Assembly (NCBI GenBank): GCA_964562525.1
Contig: CAZLTL010000010.1
Coordinates: forward strand, 15,389-79,388
Direction: 5' to 3'
Length of the DNA stretch: 64,000 nt
Source of the DNA: an uncultured bacterium
GTDB lineage: Bacteria; Omnitrophota; Omnitrophia; Omnitrophales; Aquincolibacteriaceae
In this document: piece by piece, positions 38,487-46,463 of the stretch
How the letters are laid out: each line of letters opens with the position of its first letter
Position numbering within the stretch: the stretch's first letter is position 1
The notes under the pieces: generated by a model
Database searches by the model: none
What the model was told of the DNA's origin: nothing
The model's input: only the letters and a program-made list of their open reading frames with translations
Made by a program: the position numbers and the translations under genes

Positions 38487-39593
38487 TTGAAACCTTTGCA
38501 GTCTCCTATCCGAATCGGTATTTTAACTTCGGGAGGAGACTGCCCTGGTTTGAATGCCGTTATTCGCGCTGTCGTTAAAACGGCTCGTTGTGCTTACGGG
38601 ATGGAAGTGTTTGGAATAGAAGACGGCTATTTAGGATTGATTGAAAAGCGCGGACACCTTTTAGATCGTCATGATGTTTCCGGAATTCTTCATTTAGGCG
38701 GGACAATTTTAGGTACGGATAATCGTGCTAACCCTTTTCGTGTTCCGATCAAACGCGGCAAGAAAATTATTTTTGAAGACCGCTCCGATGAGGTGATCAA
38801 GCATTTGCGGGAATTAGGAATTGATGTCTTGATTGCTGTGGGTGGTGATGGAACTCTTTCGATTGCGAACAAACTTTCAAAAAAGGGAGTTCGTGTGATC
38901 GGGATTCCTAAAACCATCGATAATGATTTGAGCTGCACCGATTATACTTTTGGATTTGATACGGCAGTTTCGATTACTACCGAAGCGCTTGACCGTCTGC
39001 ATACCACGGCGGCATCGCATCATCGTGTGATGATTCTTGAAGTGATGGGACGCAATGCAGGCTGGATTGCGCTTTATGCCGGATCTGCGGGCGGCGCGGA
39101 CGTCATATTGATTCCGGAAATTCCTTTTAGCGTGAATAAAATATGTGACGTGGTTATGGAAAGAGCGCTGCATACCAAGCGTTATTCGTTGATTGTGGTT
39201 GCGGAAGGCGCTAAGGAGAAGGGGAAGAAGGCGATTGAAAAAGCCCCGGACAAACTTAATCCTTATCCGACTAAGCTTGGTGGCGTGGGTGAATATTTAA
39301 GGCAGCGCATTGAAAAGGCAACCGGTCTTGAGACGCGTGCTGCGAATCTTGGGCATATTCAGCGCGGTGGATCACCGACTCCGTATGACCGCAACTTGGG
39401 GACTTTGTTCGGTAAAACAGCGATCGACTTAGTCGCGCAGAAAAAATGGAATCATATGGTGGGTTTTGTGGGAAACCAAATCAAGGCGTTTCCGATTGAG
39501 AAAGCTGTGAGTAAGATCAAAACCGTACCGTTGAATCATCGGTTGATCGAATCGGGTAAGGCTATTCAGATTTCTTTTGGAAGTCATTTTTAA
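38487..39593 (+). CDS. pfkA: 6-phosphofructokinase (PFK-A family)
   Basis: GILTSGGDCPGLNAVIRAVV, GGDGTLSIA, PKTIDNDL, MGRNAGWIALYAG and HIQRGGSPTPYDR motifs. G104-equivalent Gly retained (ATP-type); K at the 124-equivalent position. Confidence 0.85.
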   Translation: MKPLQSPIRIGILTSGGDCPGLNAVIRAVVKTARCAYGMEVFGIEDGYLGLIEKRGHLLDRHDVSGILHLGGTILGTDNRANPFRVPIKRGKKIIFEDRSDEVIKHLRELGIDVLIAVGGDGTLSIANKLSKKGVRVIGIPKTIDNDLSCTDYTFGFDTAVSITTEALDRLHTTAASHHRVMILEVMGRNAGWIALYAGSAGGADVILIPEIPFSVNKICDVVMERALHTKRYSLIVVAEGAKEKGKKAIEKAPDKLNPYPTKLGGVGEYLRQRIEKATGLETRAANLGHIQRGGSPTPYDRNLGTLFGKTAIDLVAQKKWNHMVGFVGNQIKAFPIEKAVSKIKTVPLNHRLIESGKAIQISFGSHF

Positions 39594-39651
39594 AAAGCAG
39601 TTTTTTTTAATGCCCGAAAGAGTTATCATTCGTTCTCATTTTTATTGATTC

Positions 39652-39723
39652 GGCGCGGTAGCAAAGTGGTAATGCACGGCTCTGCAAAAGCTGTATTCGG
39701 GAGTTCGATTCTCCCCCGCGCCT
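39652..39723 (+). tRNA. tRNA-Cys (anticodon GCA)
   Basis: Hand-folded: acceptor GGCGCGG/CCGCGCC, anticodon stem CGGCT/AGCTG (one G-U) with loop CTGCAAA, T-arm GGGAG-TTCGATT-CTCCC, discriminator T. Confidence 0.75.
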
Positions 39724-39736
39724 CGATTTCTTTCGG

Positions 39737-39760
39737 CTCTGCGCCTTTGGCGCAACCGCA
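39737..39760 (+). promoter_or_regulatory. conserved hairpin motif CTCTGCGCC-TTT-GGCGCAACCGCA immediately 3' of tRNA-Cys
   Basis: Fourth copy of the CTCTGCGCC-N-GGCGCAACCG family. Confidence 0.5.
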
Positions 39761-39770
39761 GTTTATGCCC

Positions 39771-39808
39771 GGGTGGCGAAATTGGCAGACGCAACGGACT
39801 TAAAAGCT
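39771..39808 (+). pseudogene. 5' half of a tRNA-Leu(UAA) (acceptor 5' strand, D-arm, 5' anticodon stem and loop) with no matching 3' half
   Basis: GCCCGGGTGGCGAAATTGGCAGACGCAACGGACTTAAAA matches the tRNA-Leu 5' half through the anticodon loop CTTAAAA. The following GCTGA cannot pair with ACGGA, and no 3' exon (..TCCGT..GGTTCGA..CCCGGGCA) occurs in the next 0.8 kb. Confidence 0.5.
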
Positions 39809-40552
39809 GATTTCAAGATTTTCGTAACTTCAATGTTTTGAACCTAATCCATTACCTGCGCTAGATTTAGACATGATATTTGATGATATCGTGTGATACC
39901 TAAAAACATCGATTTCTACTTGGTATAGTCACACCCTAGTCACACGGAAATTGATCAGAAACCTGCCTTTTAAATTCTCTGCTCATTACGCGATTATGAG
40001 TTTGTCTTGGGCTGGAAATTAACCAGTCATGGCTAAAATTTGACCAATCGATTAAAGGGCATATTACATCGCGTGCTCTTAGGGCTTTGTTAGATGGGTC
40101 TATTATGCTTTTAAATGGCCCAAGGCAAACGAGGGGAATGTTCCCCAGCAGGCCAACCCATTATTGACTCACATGTGCCCCTTAGGAGCTTTTTTCGGGC
40201 CTTTTTGAGATTTTAGCCGAATTGAGGGCGGCTGTGCTCTTCTACCTTATTGGATTAGGCGCCCAAAGCTGTTATTTATGATTGCCTGTCTTTAGCGTTC
40301 TGACTAAACGGAGATTTTTAGGCTGTCGTACCGGGAGGAAACGATTTCGATGAATTTAGTTTTGGTGCTGGGAGGGCGTTGGCTCGCTTTGATGAACTCG
40401 AAGCAATAGCTTTATTGATACCAGGCATTATTAATAAATTGAGCTGGGGCATCAAGTCTTTGCAGAGGCTTGAAGTTTTAAGGTGTGAATCAGCATTACC
40501 CTTGGTTTAAAATGGTGATAGTCTTAAAAAAAGAGGTTGAAATGTCTCAAAA

Positions 40553-40572
40553 TTAAGATAAGCTTATCTTAA
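40553..40572. promoter_or_regulatory. 20-bp perfect palindrome TTAAGATAAGCTTATCTTAA (predicted Rrf2/NsrR-type operator), 20 bp upstream of the truncated Rrf2 gene
   Basis: Identical 20-mer at 56972-56991; same GATAAGCTTATC core at 58253-58270 and 58775-58794, each 15-45 bp upstream of a start codon. Confidence 0.6.
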
Positions 40573-40592
40573 TTAGGGCTGAGGGAGGCTAT

Positions 40593-40847
40593 GTGCTATA
40601 TTCGAAAACTTGTGAGTATGCAATTCGGGCATTGGCCTATATTGCGTCAAAAGACGATGCTTTAACTACAGCCACTGTTGAAGTGAAGAAAGCCACGGTG
40701 ATACCCGGACCTTATTTATCGAAAGTGTTTGGGGTTCTGGTTAGAAAGACAATTTTGAAAGCAAAGCAAGGGCCGGGGAGCAGCTTTTCTTTTGCACGAG
40801 ATTTCAAAGAAATCTCACTTTTAAATCAAAAAAAGAAAAAAACATGA
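40593..40847 (+). CDS. Rrf2-family transcriptional regulator, truncated paralog (N-terminal wHTH only, Cys ligands absent)
   Basis: 84 aa. First ~70 aa are near-identical to the N-terminus of the 155-aa Rrf2 protein at 58288 (MLYSKTCEYAIRALAYIAS...GPYLSKVFGVLVRK). It ends in KKKKT within A7 tracts before the three-Cys segment; GTG start; stop overlaps the next gene (ATGA). Confidence 0.6.
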   Translation: MLYSKTCEYAIRALAYIASKDDALTTATVEVKKATVIPGPYLSKVFGVLVRKTILKAKQGPGSSFSFARDFKEISLLNQKKKKT

Positions 40848-41593
40848 TCACAAAAAAACAACGGCCCGAAACCTTATTCGAAATACCTCAGGTTTTGATT
40901 CAATCGATTCGAGCGAATTCGGACTTATCGAAATTGCCGGCTGATGCGATTGAAGATTTGGCGAAACAAGCGGCACGCAGGAAGTTTGTCCGCCGACAAA
41001 TTATTTTTGAAGCCGGTCAGCCCGCGCAGGATGCTTGGATTTTGATTAGCGGTAAAGCGGTGCTGGGCTATACGGCGCTCTCGGGGGCTTCTTCTGCGAC
41101 TTGCGTGGCGGGACCGGGAGATTTGTTCTGCTGCCTGCCGATTTTGGACGGCGAAGGTTATCCCGTTACGGCGATCAGTGAAAAGAAAAGCGAAGTTCTT
41201 ACGATTCCGCTTGCTGTTTTTAAGCAAATGCTTTGGCAGCATCCGGAAGTTTTTCAGTCTGTGTTAAAACGGATGTCCGCTAGTTTAAGAGCGGTTGAGT
41301 GCGGGCATTGTCACCGTGTTGATCGTGTTTCGGTAAGAATTGCGCGCACTTTGCTTGATTTAAGCCTAAAGCATCAGGATGTGATTCCGCTAACCAAGTG
41401 GGATATCGCGCGGCTTTCCGGAACTACGGTTGAGACGACGATTCGCGTGATGGCAGAAATGAAAAAGAAGAAAGCGATTGCCGGGGCAAAAGAAGCGATC
41501 AAAATTTTAGATTTTGATAAGCTGCGTGATTTCCTTACCGAATCCGATCAAGATTCAAGCGGCTGCGCCTCGCAAACCAAAAAAAGAAAATAA
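40844..41593 (+). CDS. Crp/Fnr-family transcriptional regulator (Dnr/NnrR-like; no FNR N-terminal Cys cluster)
   Basis: N-terminal cNMP-binding beta-roll (RRQIIFEAGQPAQDAWILISGKA) and C-terminal HTH (ARLSGTTVETTIRVMAEM); translationally coupled to the truncated Rrf2. Confidence 0.8.
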   Translation: MITKKQRPETLFEIPQVLIQSIRANSDLSKLPADAIEDLAKQAARRKFVRRQIIFEAGQPAQDAWILISGKAVLGYTALSGASSATCVAGPGDLFCCLPILDGEGYPVTAISEKKSEVLTIPLAVFKQMLWQHPEVFQSVLKRMSASLRAVECGHCHRVDRVSVRIARTLLDLSLKHQDVIPLTKWDIARLSGTTVETTIRVMAEMKKKKAIAGAKEAIKILDFDKLRDFLTESDQDSSGCASQTKKRK

Positions 41594-42310
41594 CGGTTTA
41601 ATTTTAGCGCAAAGCTCGCGCACCGATTTCGGATCAGGTTCGTCCAGCAGCTTTGCTTCGCAACCCTGATTGCGGAAAAGCTGCAAAAAAAAAGTTTTTG
41701 AACCCAGACCCGCAAAATATTCCGCAGTTTCCAGAACTTCGGCTTCACTTAAAAGATCTGGATGATAGGTCATGCGCAGTTCATGCGGGATGTCCGATGC
41801 AGCCAGCAATTTTGCGCTATCCGCAACTTGATCAAAAGCTGCCGCACCTGTGAGTGAAGCATAGCTTTGTTTGGGAGCTTTAACATCGAGGCCAACCCAA
41901 TCACAAAAGGGGAGTATTTCTTTTAATCTGCGTGGATGCATGCCGTTGGTGTGAAGCCCAACGGCATAACCATGGTCTTTTATCTTTTGCGCGAGCTGGG
42001 GAAGATTTTTATGTAAGGTGGGCTCACCGCCTGAGATTACGATCGCTTCAAGCATATTTTTTCGGCTGTGCAAAAAAGAATCGATAGCTTCTTCGGTGAT
42101 CACGCTCTCGGACTCAAGCGGCTGCAGATGAGGGTTGTGACAGTAAGTGCAGCGCCAAGGACAGCCTTGAGTAAAAAAGACCGCCGCGAGTTTTCCGGGG
42201 TAATCCACGGAGGAAAATCCCGTAATTCCCGCGACGGGAACTTTTTGATCCGTTTTATTTACAAATGGCAACGGACTGGGGGCATTCACGGAAATGCAGT
42301 CTTTCAGCAT
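41555..42310 (-). CDS. nrdG: anaerobic ribonucleoside-triphosphate reductase activating protein (radical SAM)
   Basis: VDYPGKLAAVFFTQGCPWRCTYCHNPHL. The CxxxCxxC motif embedded in GCPWRCTYCHNP is diagnostic for NrdG. Confidence 0.85.
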   Translation of the reverse strand: MLKDCISVNAPSPLPFVNKTDQKVPVAGITGFSSVDYPGKLAAVFFTQGCPWRCTYCHNPHLQPLESESVITEEAIDSFLHSRKNMLEAIVISGGEPTLHKNLPQLAQKIKDHGYAVGLHTNGMHPRRLKEILPFCDWVGLDVKAPKQSYASLTGAAAFDQVADSAKLLAASDIPHELRMTYHPDLLSEAEVLETAEYFAGLGSKTFFLQLFRNQGCEAKLLDEPDPKSVRELCAKIKPLFSFFGLRGAAA

Positions 42311-42450
42311 GTTCGCTTTTTTTCCCGGGGTTAAATTCTGAAACCGGCCGATGATAGCCCATCACGCGTGTCCAGATTTCACAGCGCTGACGCTCTTCCG
42401 GCTTTAACTGAATCAAACTTTCTGTTTTTGACATGATTTCCCTTCCTTTT

Positions 42451-44478
42451 TTAAATAACCGGTGAAAACTCACCGGCTTGTTTTTGAGCTATGATTTCAT
42501 CGTCGCAAGTCGGGCAAAATTCATGTTCTCCTTTCAGATAACCGTGCTTGGGGCAAATCGAAAAAGTAGGTGTAATGGTGATATAAGGCAGCTTAAAATT
42601 TTCAAGCGCACGCCGCACGAGCTTACGGCAAGCGTCTGCATTTGAAAGCCGCTCATTCATGTAAAGATGCAGCACTGTTCCGCCGGTATATTTGGTTTGC
42701 AAAGCATCTTGCCGCATTAAAGCTTCAAACGGATCATCCGTCAGCCCCACGGGTAATTGCGACGAGTTGGTGTAATAAGGCCGCTCAGGTGTTCCGGCTT
42801 GCAGAATTTGCGGGAAGCGTTTCGCATCTTCTTTGGCGAAGCGGTAAGTGGTGCCTTCGGCCGGCGTGGCTTCCAGATTGTAGAGATGTCCGGTTTCTTC
42901 CTGAAATTCTCGAATGCGCGTGCGGACATGGTCAAGCAGACGAATGGCAAAAGCATGGCCCCACTCACTCGCAATATCGGTTCGGCCGTCGGTGAAATTG
43001 CGAATGCATTCATTAATCCCATTGACCCCGATGGTGGAAAAGTGATTGCGCAAAGTCCCGAGATAGCGTTTGGTGTAAGGCAATAATCCGCCGTCAATCA
43101 AGCGCTGGACATATTTACGCTTCATTTCCAAACTTTCTTTGGCGAGCTGCATCAGATAGTCCACTTTTTCAAGCAAGGCGGTTTCATTACCTTTGTAAAG
43201 GTAACCCAAGCGCGCGCAGTTGATTGTAACCACTCCGATCGAGCCGGTTTGCTCGGCCGATCCGAAGAGGCCGTTGCCGCGTTTCAAAAGCTCACGCAAA
43301 TCGAGCTGCAGTCGGCAGCACATGGAACGAATTTGATTCGGCTTCATATCTGAGTTTAAAAAATTTTGAAAATAAGGGAGCCCGTATTTTGCGGTGAGCT
43401 CGAATAAAAGTTCGCTATTAGGATGATCCCAAAGAAAATCGGGTGTGATGTTGTATGTGGGAATCGGAAAAGTGAAAATGCGGCCACGGCGGTCGCCCTG
43501 CAGCATGACTTCCAGATAAGCTTGGTTGATGGTATCCATTTCTTTTTGCAATTCGCCGTAAGTAAAATCCATTTCTTTGCCGCCGACAAAAGGTTTTTCC
43601 TGCCGCAAATCTTCGGGGCAAACCCAATCGAAAGTAACATTGGTAAACGGAGTTTGTGTGCCCCAGCGTGAAGGAACATTGAGGTTATAAATAAACTCCT
43701 GCATTTGCTGTTTGACTTGAGCATGAGTGAGTTTGTCCGTGCGCACGAAGGGAGCTAAATAGGTGTCGAAAGAAGAAAAGGCTTGAGCGCCGGCCCATTC
43801 ATTTTGCAGGGTTCCGAGAAAATTCACCATTTGCCCCACCGCGGCCGAGAGATGTTTGGGCGGAGCCGCCTCCACTTTTCCGGGGACACCGTTGAAGCCT
43901 TCGCGTAAAAGTGTTTTAAGAGACCATCCCGCGCAATAACCACACAGCATATCAAGATCATGAATATGAATATCCGCGTCGCGATGCGCTTTGCCGATGG
44001 CTTCGGTATAAACATGCGAAAGCCAATAATTCGCAACCACTTTGCCGGATAAGTTAAGGATGAGTCCGCCGAGCGAATAACCTTGGTTGGCGTTTGCGTT
44101 CACACGCCAGTCGAGACGGTCTAAATATTCATTCACGGTGGAAGCGACATCGACCACAGTGCGCGCATCTTCGCGTGCGACGCGCCGTTTTTCGCGGTAA
44201 ATGACATAGGCTTTTGCTGTGCGCGGATAATTGGATGTGATTAAAACCTGTTCGACAATGTCCTGAATTTCTTCGATGGAAATTTCCTGTGGCGCACGAT
44301 GATCAATCACTTTGATGGCTTGGCGCGCCAAGATAAGAGCTTCTTCGTTGTCAATTTCTCCGGTGGCTTGGGCTGCTTTTTGAATGGCGCGATGAATTCG
44401 AACTCCATCAAATGAATTTTTTGAGCCATCGCGTTTGCGGACGGCAGGAATGTTTTTTGGGGTTAACAGATCCGACAT
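42451..44478 (-). CDS. nrdD: anaerobic ribonucleoside-triphosphate reductase
   Basis: N-terminal ATP-cone (MSDLLTPKNIPAVRKRDGSKNSFDGVRIHRAIQKA), large glycyl-radical barrel, C-terminal CPKHG...CPTCDDEI zinc ribbon. Start chosen at ATG 44478 (AGGAGA ribosome-binding site upstream); the ORF track extension to 44670 is unsupported. Confidence 0.9.
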   Translation of the reverse strand: MSDLLTPKNIPAVRKRDGSKNSFDGVRIHRAIQKAAQATGEIDNEEALILARQAIKVIDHRAPQEISIEEIQDIVEQVLITSNYPRTAKAYVIYREKRRVAREDARTVVDVASTVNEYLDRLDWRVNANANQGYSLGGLILNLSGKVVANYWLSHVYTEAIGKAHRDADIHIHDLDMLCGYCAGWSLKTLLREGFNGVPGKVEAAPPKHLSAAVGQMVNFLGTLQNEWAGAQAFSSFDTYLAPFVRTDKLTHAQVKQQMQEFIYNLNVPSRWGTQTPFTNVTFDWVCPEDLRQEKPFVGGKEMDFTYGELQKEMDTINQAYLEVMLQGDRRGRIFTFPIPTYNITPDFLWDHPNSELLFELTAKYGLPYFQNFLNSDMKPNQIRSMCCRLQLDLRELLKRGNGLFGSAEQTGSIGVVTINCARLGYLYKGNETALLEKVDYLMQLAKESLEMKRKYVQRLIDGGLLPYTKRYLGTLRNHFSTIGVNGINECIRNFTDGRTDIASEWGHAFAIRLLDHVRTRIREFQEETGHLYNLEATPAEGTTYRFAKEDAKRFPQILQAGTPERPYYTNSSQLPVGLTDDPFEALMRQDALQTKYTGGTVLHLYMNERLSNADACRKLVRRALENFKLPYITITPTFSICPKHGYLKGEHEFCPTCDDEIIAQKQAGEFSPVI

Positions 44479-44607
44479 GTTTTCTCCTGTGAATAGTAGT
44501 ACATAAAAAATAAACCACCAGATACGGTAGTTTACGGGTGTTTTATTTCGATCTTGTATGACGCAAATCATATGAAGCAAAAAAAGATTCGTTGAAAATA
44601 TCTCCTT

Positions 44608-45021
44608 ATGCAAAACAAAGAGATCAAACCTCTCATCTATGCCTGTTCTGGGTGCTCCAATGCCGGGCAAATGTCCAACTGGATTGCGGTTCGTATTGAT
44701 CGACTTGGCGGCGCAGAAATGTCCTGCATGACCGGCGTCGGCGGAGGTGTGCTCGCACTTGTCAACAAAGCCCGAACACGAAAAAAAATTGTCATCGAGG
44801 GCTGCAAACTCAGTTGTGCTTCAGCTTGCCTGCGTCAGCAAAATTTAGAAGCCGAGATGACTTTGAATTTACAGGATTGGGGTGTCATTCGGCGTGAACA
44901 TGACGATTTTGATCAGGCCGTGGCTGAAAAATTGGTGGAGCAAGTGATCGCCCAAATGCAGGCAAAAAGGCTTTGGAAATCAAGTTCTGAGGATGGCGGA
45001 GAAAAGAGGGCGGCATCATGA
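44608..45021 (+). CDS. small Cys-rich protein, possibly DGC-domain-like metal-binding protein
   Basis: 137 aa; IYACSGCSNAGQ ... IEGCKLSCASAC pattern resembles the DGC/zinc-chelating family; first gene of a tightly packed six-gene plus-strand operon. Confidence 0.45.
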   Translation: MQNKEIKPLIYACSGCSNAGQMSNWIAVRIDRLGGAEMSCMTGVGGGVLALVNKARTRKKIVIEGCKLSCASACLRQQNLEAEMTLNLQDWGVIRREHDDFDQAVAEKLVEQVIAQMQAKRLWKSSSEDGGEKRAAS

Positions 45022-46463
45022 CTTTGAAGCAAGTTGTTGTGATTGGCGGTGGAATTTCAGGTCTTGCGACGACTTATTTTTTAAAAAAAGAAAGTCAGCG
45101 GCGTGGGCGGCCTATTTCTGTTCACGGTATCGAAGCTTCACCGCGTTTGGGAGGGATGATTCAAACCCATTTCCATGAAGGTTGCCTGATCGAACAAGGG
45201 CCTGATGCGTTTGCAACGGAAAGACCCGCCATGCTTGATTTGTGCCGCGAATTGGGTTTGGAATCGGAGTTGATTTCAGTTCAGCCCGAAAGCCATGGTC
45301 TTTTTCTGCGTGAGAATAACAAGCTTTGTCGTTTGCCAGATGATTTTTGTGGAATGACTTCGATGAAACTATCGACTTTGTTGCGTTTGCCTTGTCTTAG
45401 TTTGAAGGGCAAATTGCGTATGGCTTGTGAAGGCTTGGTGCCGCGCCGGCGTGATTATTTGCCCGAGAGTTTAGGGAGTTTTATCGCGCGCCGTTTTGGA
45501 AGCGAGGCTTTGCAGAGATTAGCGCAGCCTTTTTTGGGAAGCATTTTCGGTCTCGACCTTCGGCAAGTCAGCTTGCAGGCATCCTTTCCGCAGTGGGCGT
45601 TACTTGAAGCAAAACACGGGAGTTTGACAAAAGCATTTTGGGCGGCAAAAAGAAACTCTTCGGCGATTATTTCGACAGGTTTTCGTAGTTTTAAGCGAGG
45701 GCTTTCCGTGCTTGTTGAAAAGTTGGCTGAATCATCGGGTGTTGATTGGAAAACCGGTGTTCATGTTGTGGATCTGAAAAAAAACAATGAAGGTTGGAAA
45801 ATTCTTTGCGCGGACGGAAAAGAATTACAAGCGGATGCAATTTTTTTATGTTTGGCTGCCAAGCCGGCCGGCAGGTTGATTGAGGGAGATTTTCCGGAGC
45901 TCGGAGAATGCCTAAAACTTCAGCCGGTGCGGTCTGTTTTTTTGGTTAATGCAATTTTTTACCGAAAGGACTGGCCTGATAACTTGCGTGGAAGCGGAAT
46001 CATTAGCGGAATGGATCCAGCTTACGAAATGCAAGGCGCCACTTTTTCCGGTTTTAAATTTGAAGGGCGATCACCGGGGGGGAAAGTTTTAGTTCGTATC
46101 TTTGGTTCTTCCTTAAAGTCAAAGTCTTTTGCGGAGTTTTCAAACGAACAAGTTGCAAAACGCATTCTTCACGATTTTAGTGCGGTGAGCGGATTAAAAT
46201 CAAAACCGTTATGGTCAGAAGGTTTGCGCTACGAAGAGATATTGCCAAGCTATGACATGAGTTATTTCGCTTGGAAACAAAAAACCGAATCGCTCTTGAA
46301 AAACCAAAGCGAAATTTATTTTGCCTCACAATCGTATCAATCGGGAGGTTTGTCGGGATGTGTTGCGGGAGCGCGAAAAGCAGCGGAGACTTTTTTTAGC
46401 CGATTGGAAAAGAATGGCTCTGCAAAGTATCAAAGGAAGGATTCGAATTATGCCCATTCATGA
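45018..46463 (+). CDS. HemY-family FAD-dependent oxidase (protoporphyrinogen/coproporphyrinogen oxidase-like)
   Basis: N-terminal dinucleotide-binding VVVIGGGISGLATTYFL and IEASPRLGGMIQT match HemY/PPO signatures; 481 aa. Confidence 0.7.
   Translation: MTLKQVVVIGGGISGLATTYFLKKESQRRGRPISVHGIEASPRLGGMIQTHFHEGCLIEQGPDAFATERPAMLDLCRELGLESELISVQPESHGLFLRENNKLCRLPDDFCGMTSMKLSTLLRLPCLSLKGKLRMACEGLVPRRRDYLPESLGSFIARRFGSEALQRLAQPFLGSIFGLDLRQVSLQASFPQWALLEAKHGSLTKAFWAAKRNSSAIISTGFRSFKRGLSVLVEKLAESSGVDWKTGVHVVDLKKNNEGWKILCADGKELQADAIFLCLAAKPAGRLIEGDFPELGECLKLQPVRSVFLVNAIFYRKDWPDNLRGSGIISGMDPAYEMQGATFSGFKFEGRSPGGKVLVRIFGSSLKSKSFAEFSNEQVAKRILHDFSAVSGLKSKPLWSEGLRYEEILPSYDMSYFAWKQKTESLLKNQSEIYFASQSYQSGGLSGCVAGARKAAETFFSRLEKNGSAKYQRKDSNYAHS

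Noticed and set aside
38487-39593. Possibility that the PFK is PPi-dependent (which would pair with ppdK in a PPi-based glycolysis)
   Set aside because: The protein has K at the E. coli 124-equivalent position (PKTIDND) but retains Gly at the 104-equivalent position (GGDGT). The Asp104 substitution that distinguishes PPi-PFKs from ATP-PFKs is absent, so the ATP-dependent call is kept.
39809-40592. Searched the 0.8-kb ORF-free region for tmRNA, RNase P RNA, SRP RNA or a group I intron with a downstream tRNA-Leu 3' exon
   Set aside because: No GGGG...CCACCA tmRNA ends, no RNase P P4 (GAAAGTCCGG / ACAGAACCCGGCTTA-like) elements, and no tRNA 3' half (GGTTCGA...CCCGGGCA) could be found by eye. 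This cannot be excluded without covariance-model searches.
44479-44670. ORF-track start of nrdD at 44670 (64 extra N-terminal residues)
   Set aside because: The extra residues are hydrophobic low-complexity and unlike NrdD. The ATP-cone begins at MSDLLTPKN (ATG 44478), preceded by an AGGAGA ribosome-binding site.
46321-46449. ORF-track start of the radical SAM/SPASM gene at 46321, giving a 43-aa N-terminal extension
   Set aside because: The extension lies wholly inside the HemY-like gene in another frame. The conserved rSAM N-terminus begins at MPIHDQ (ATG 46450) with a typical short overlap with the upstream gene.
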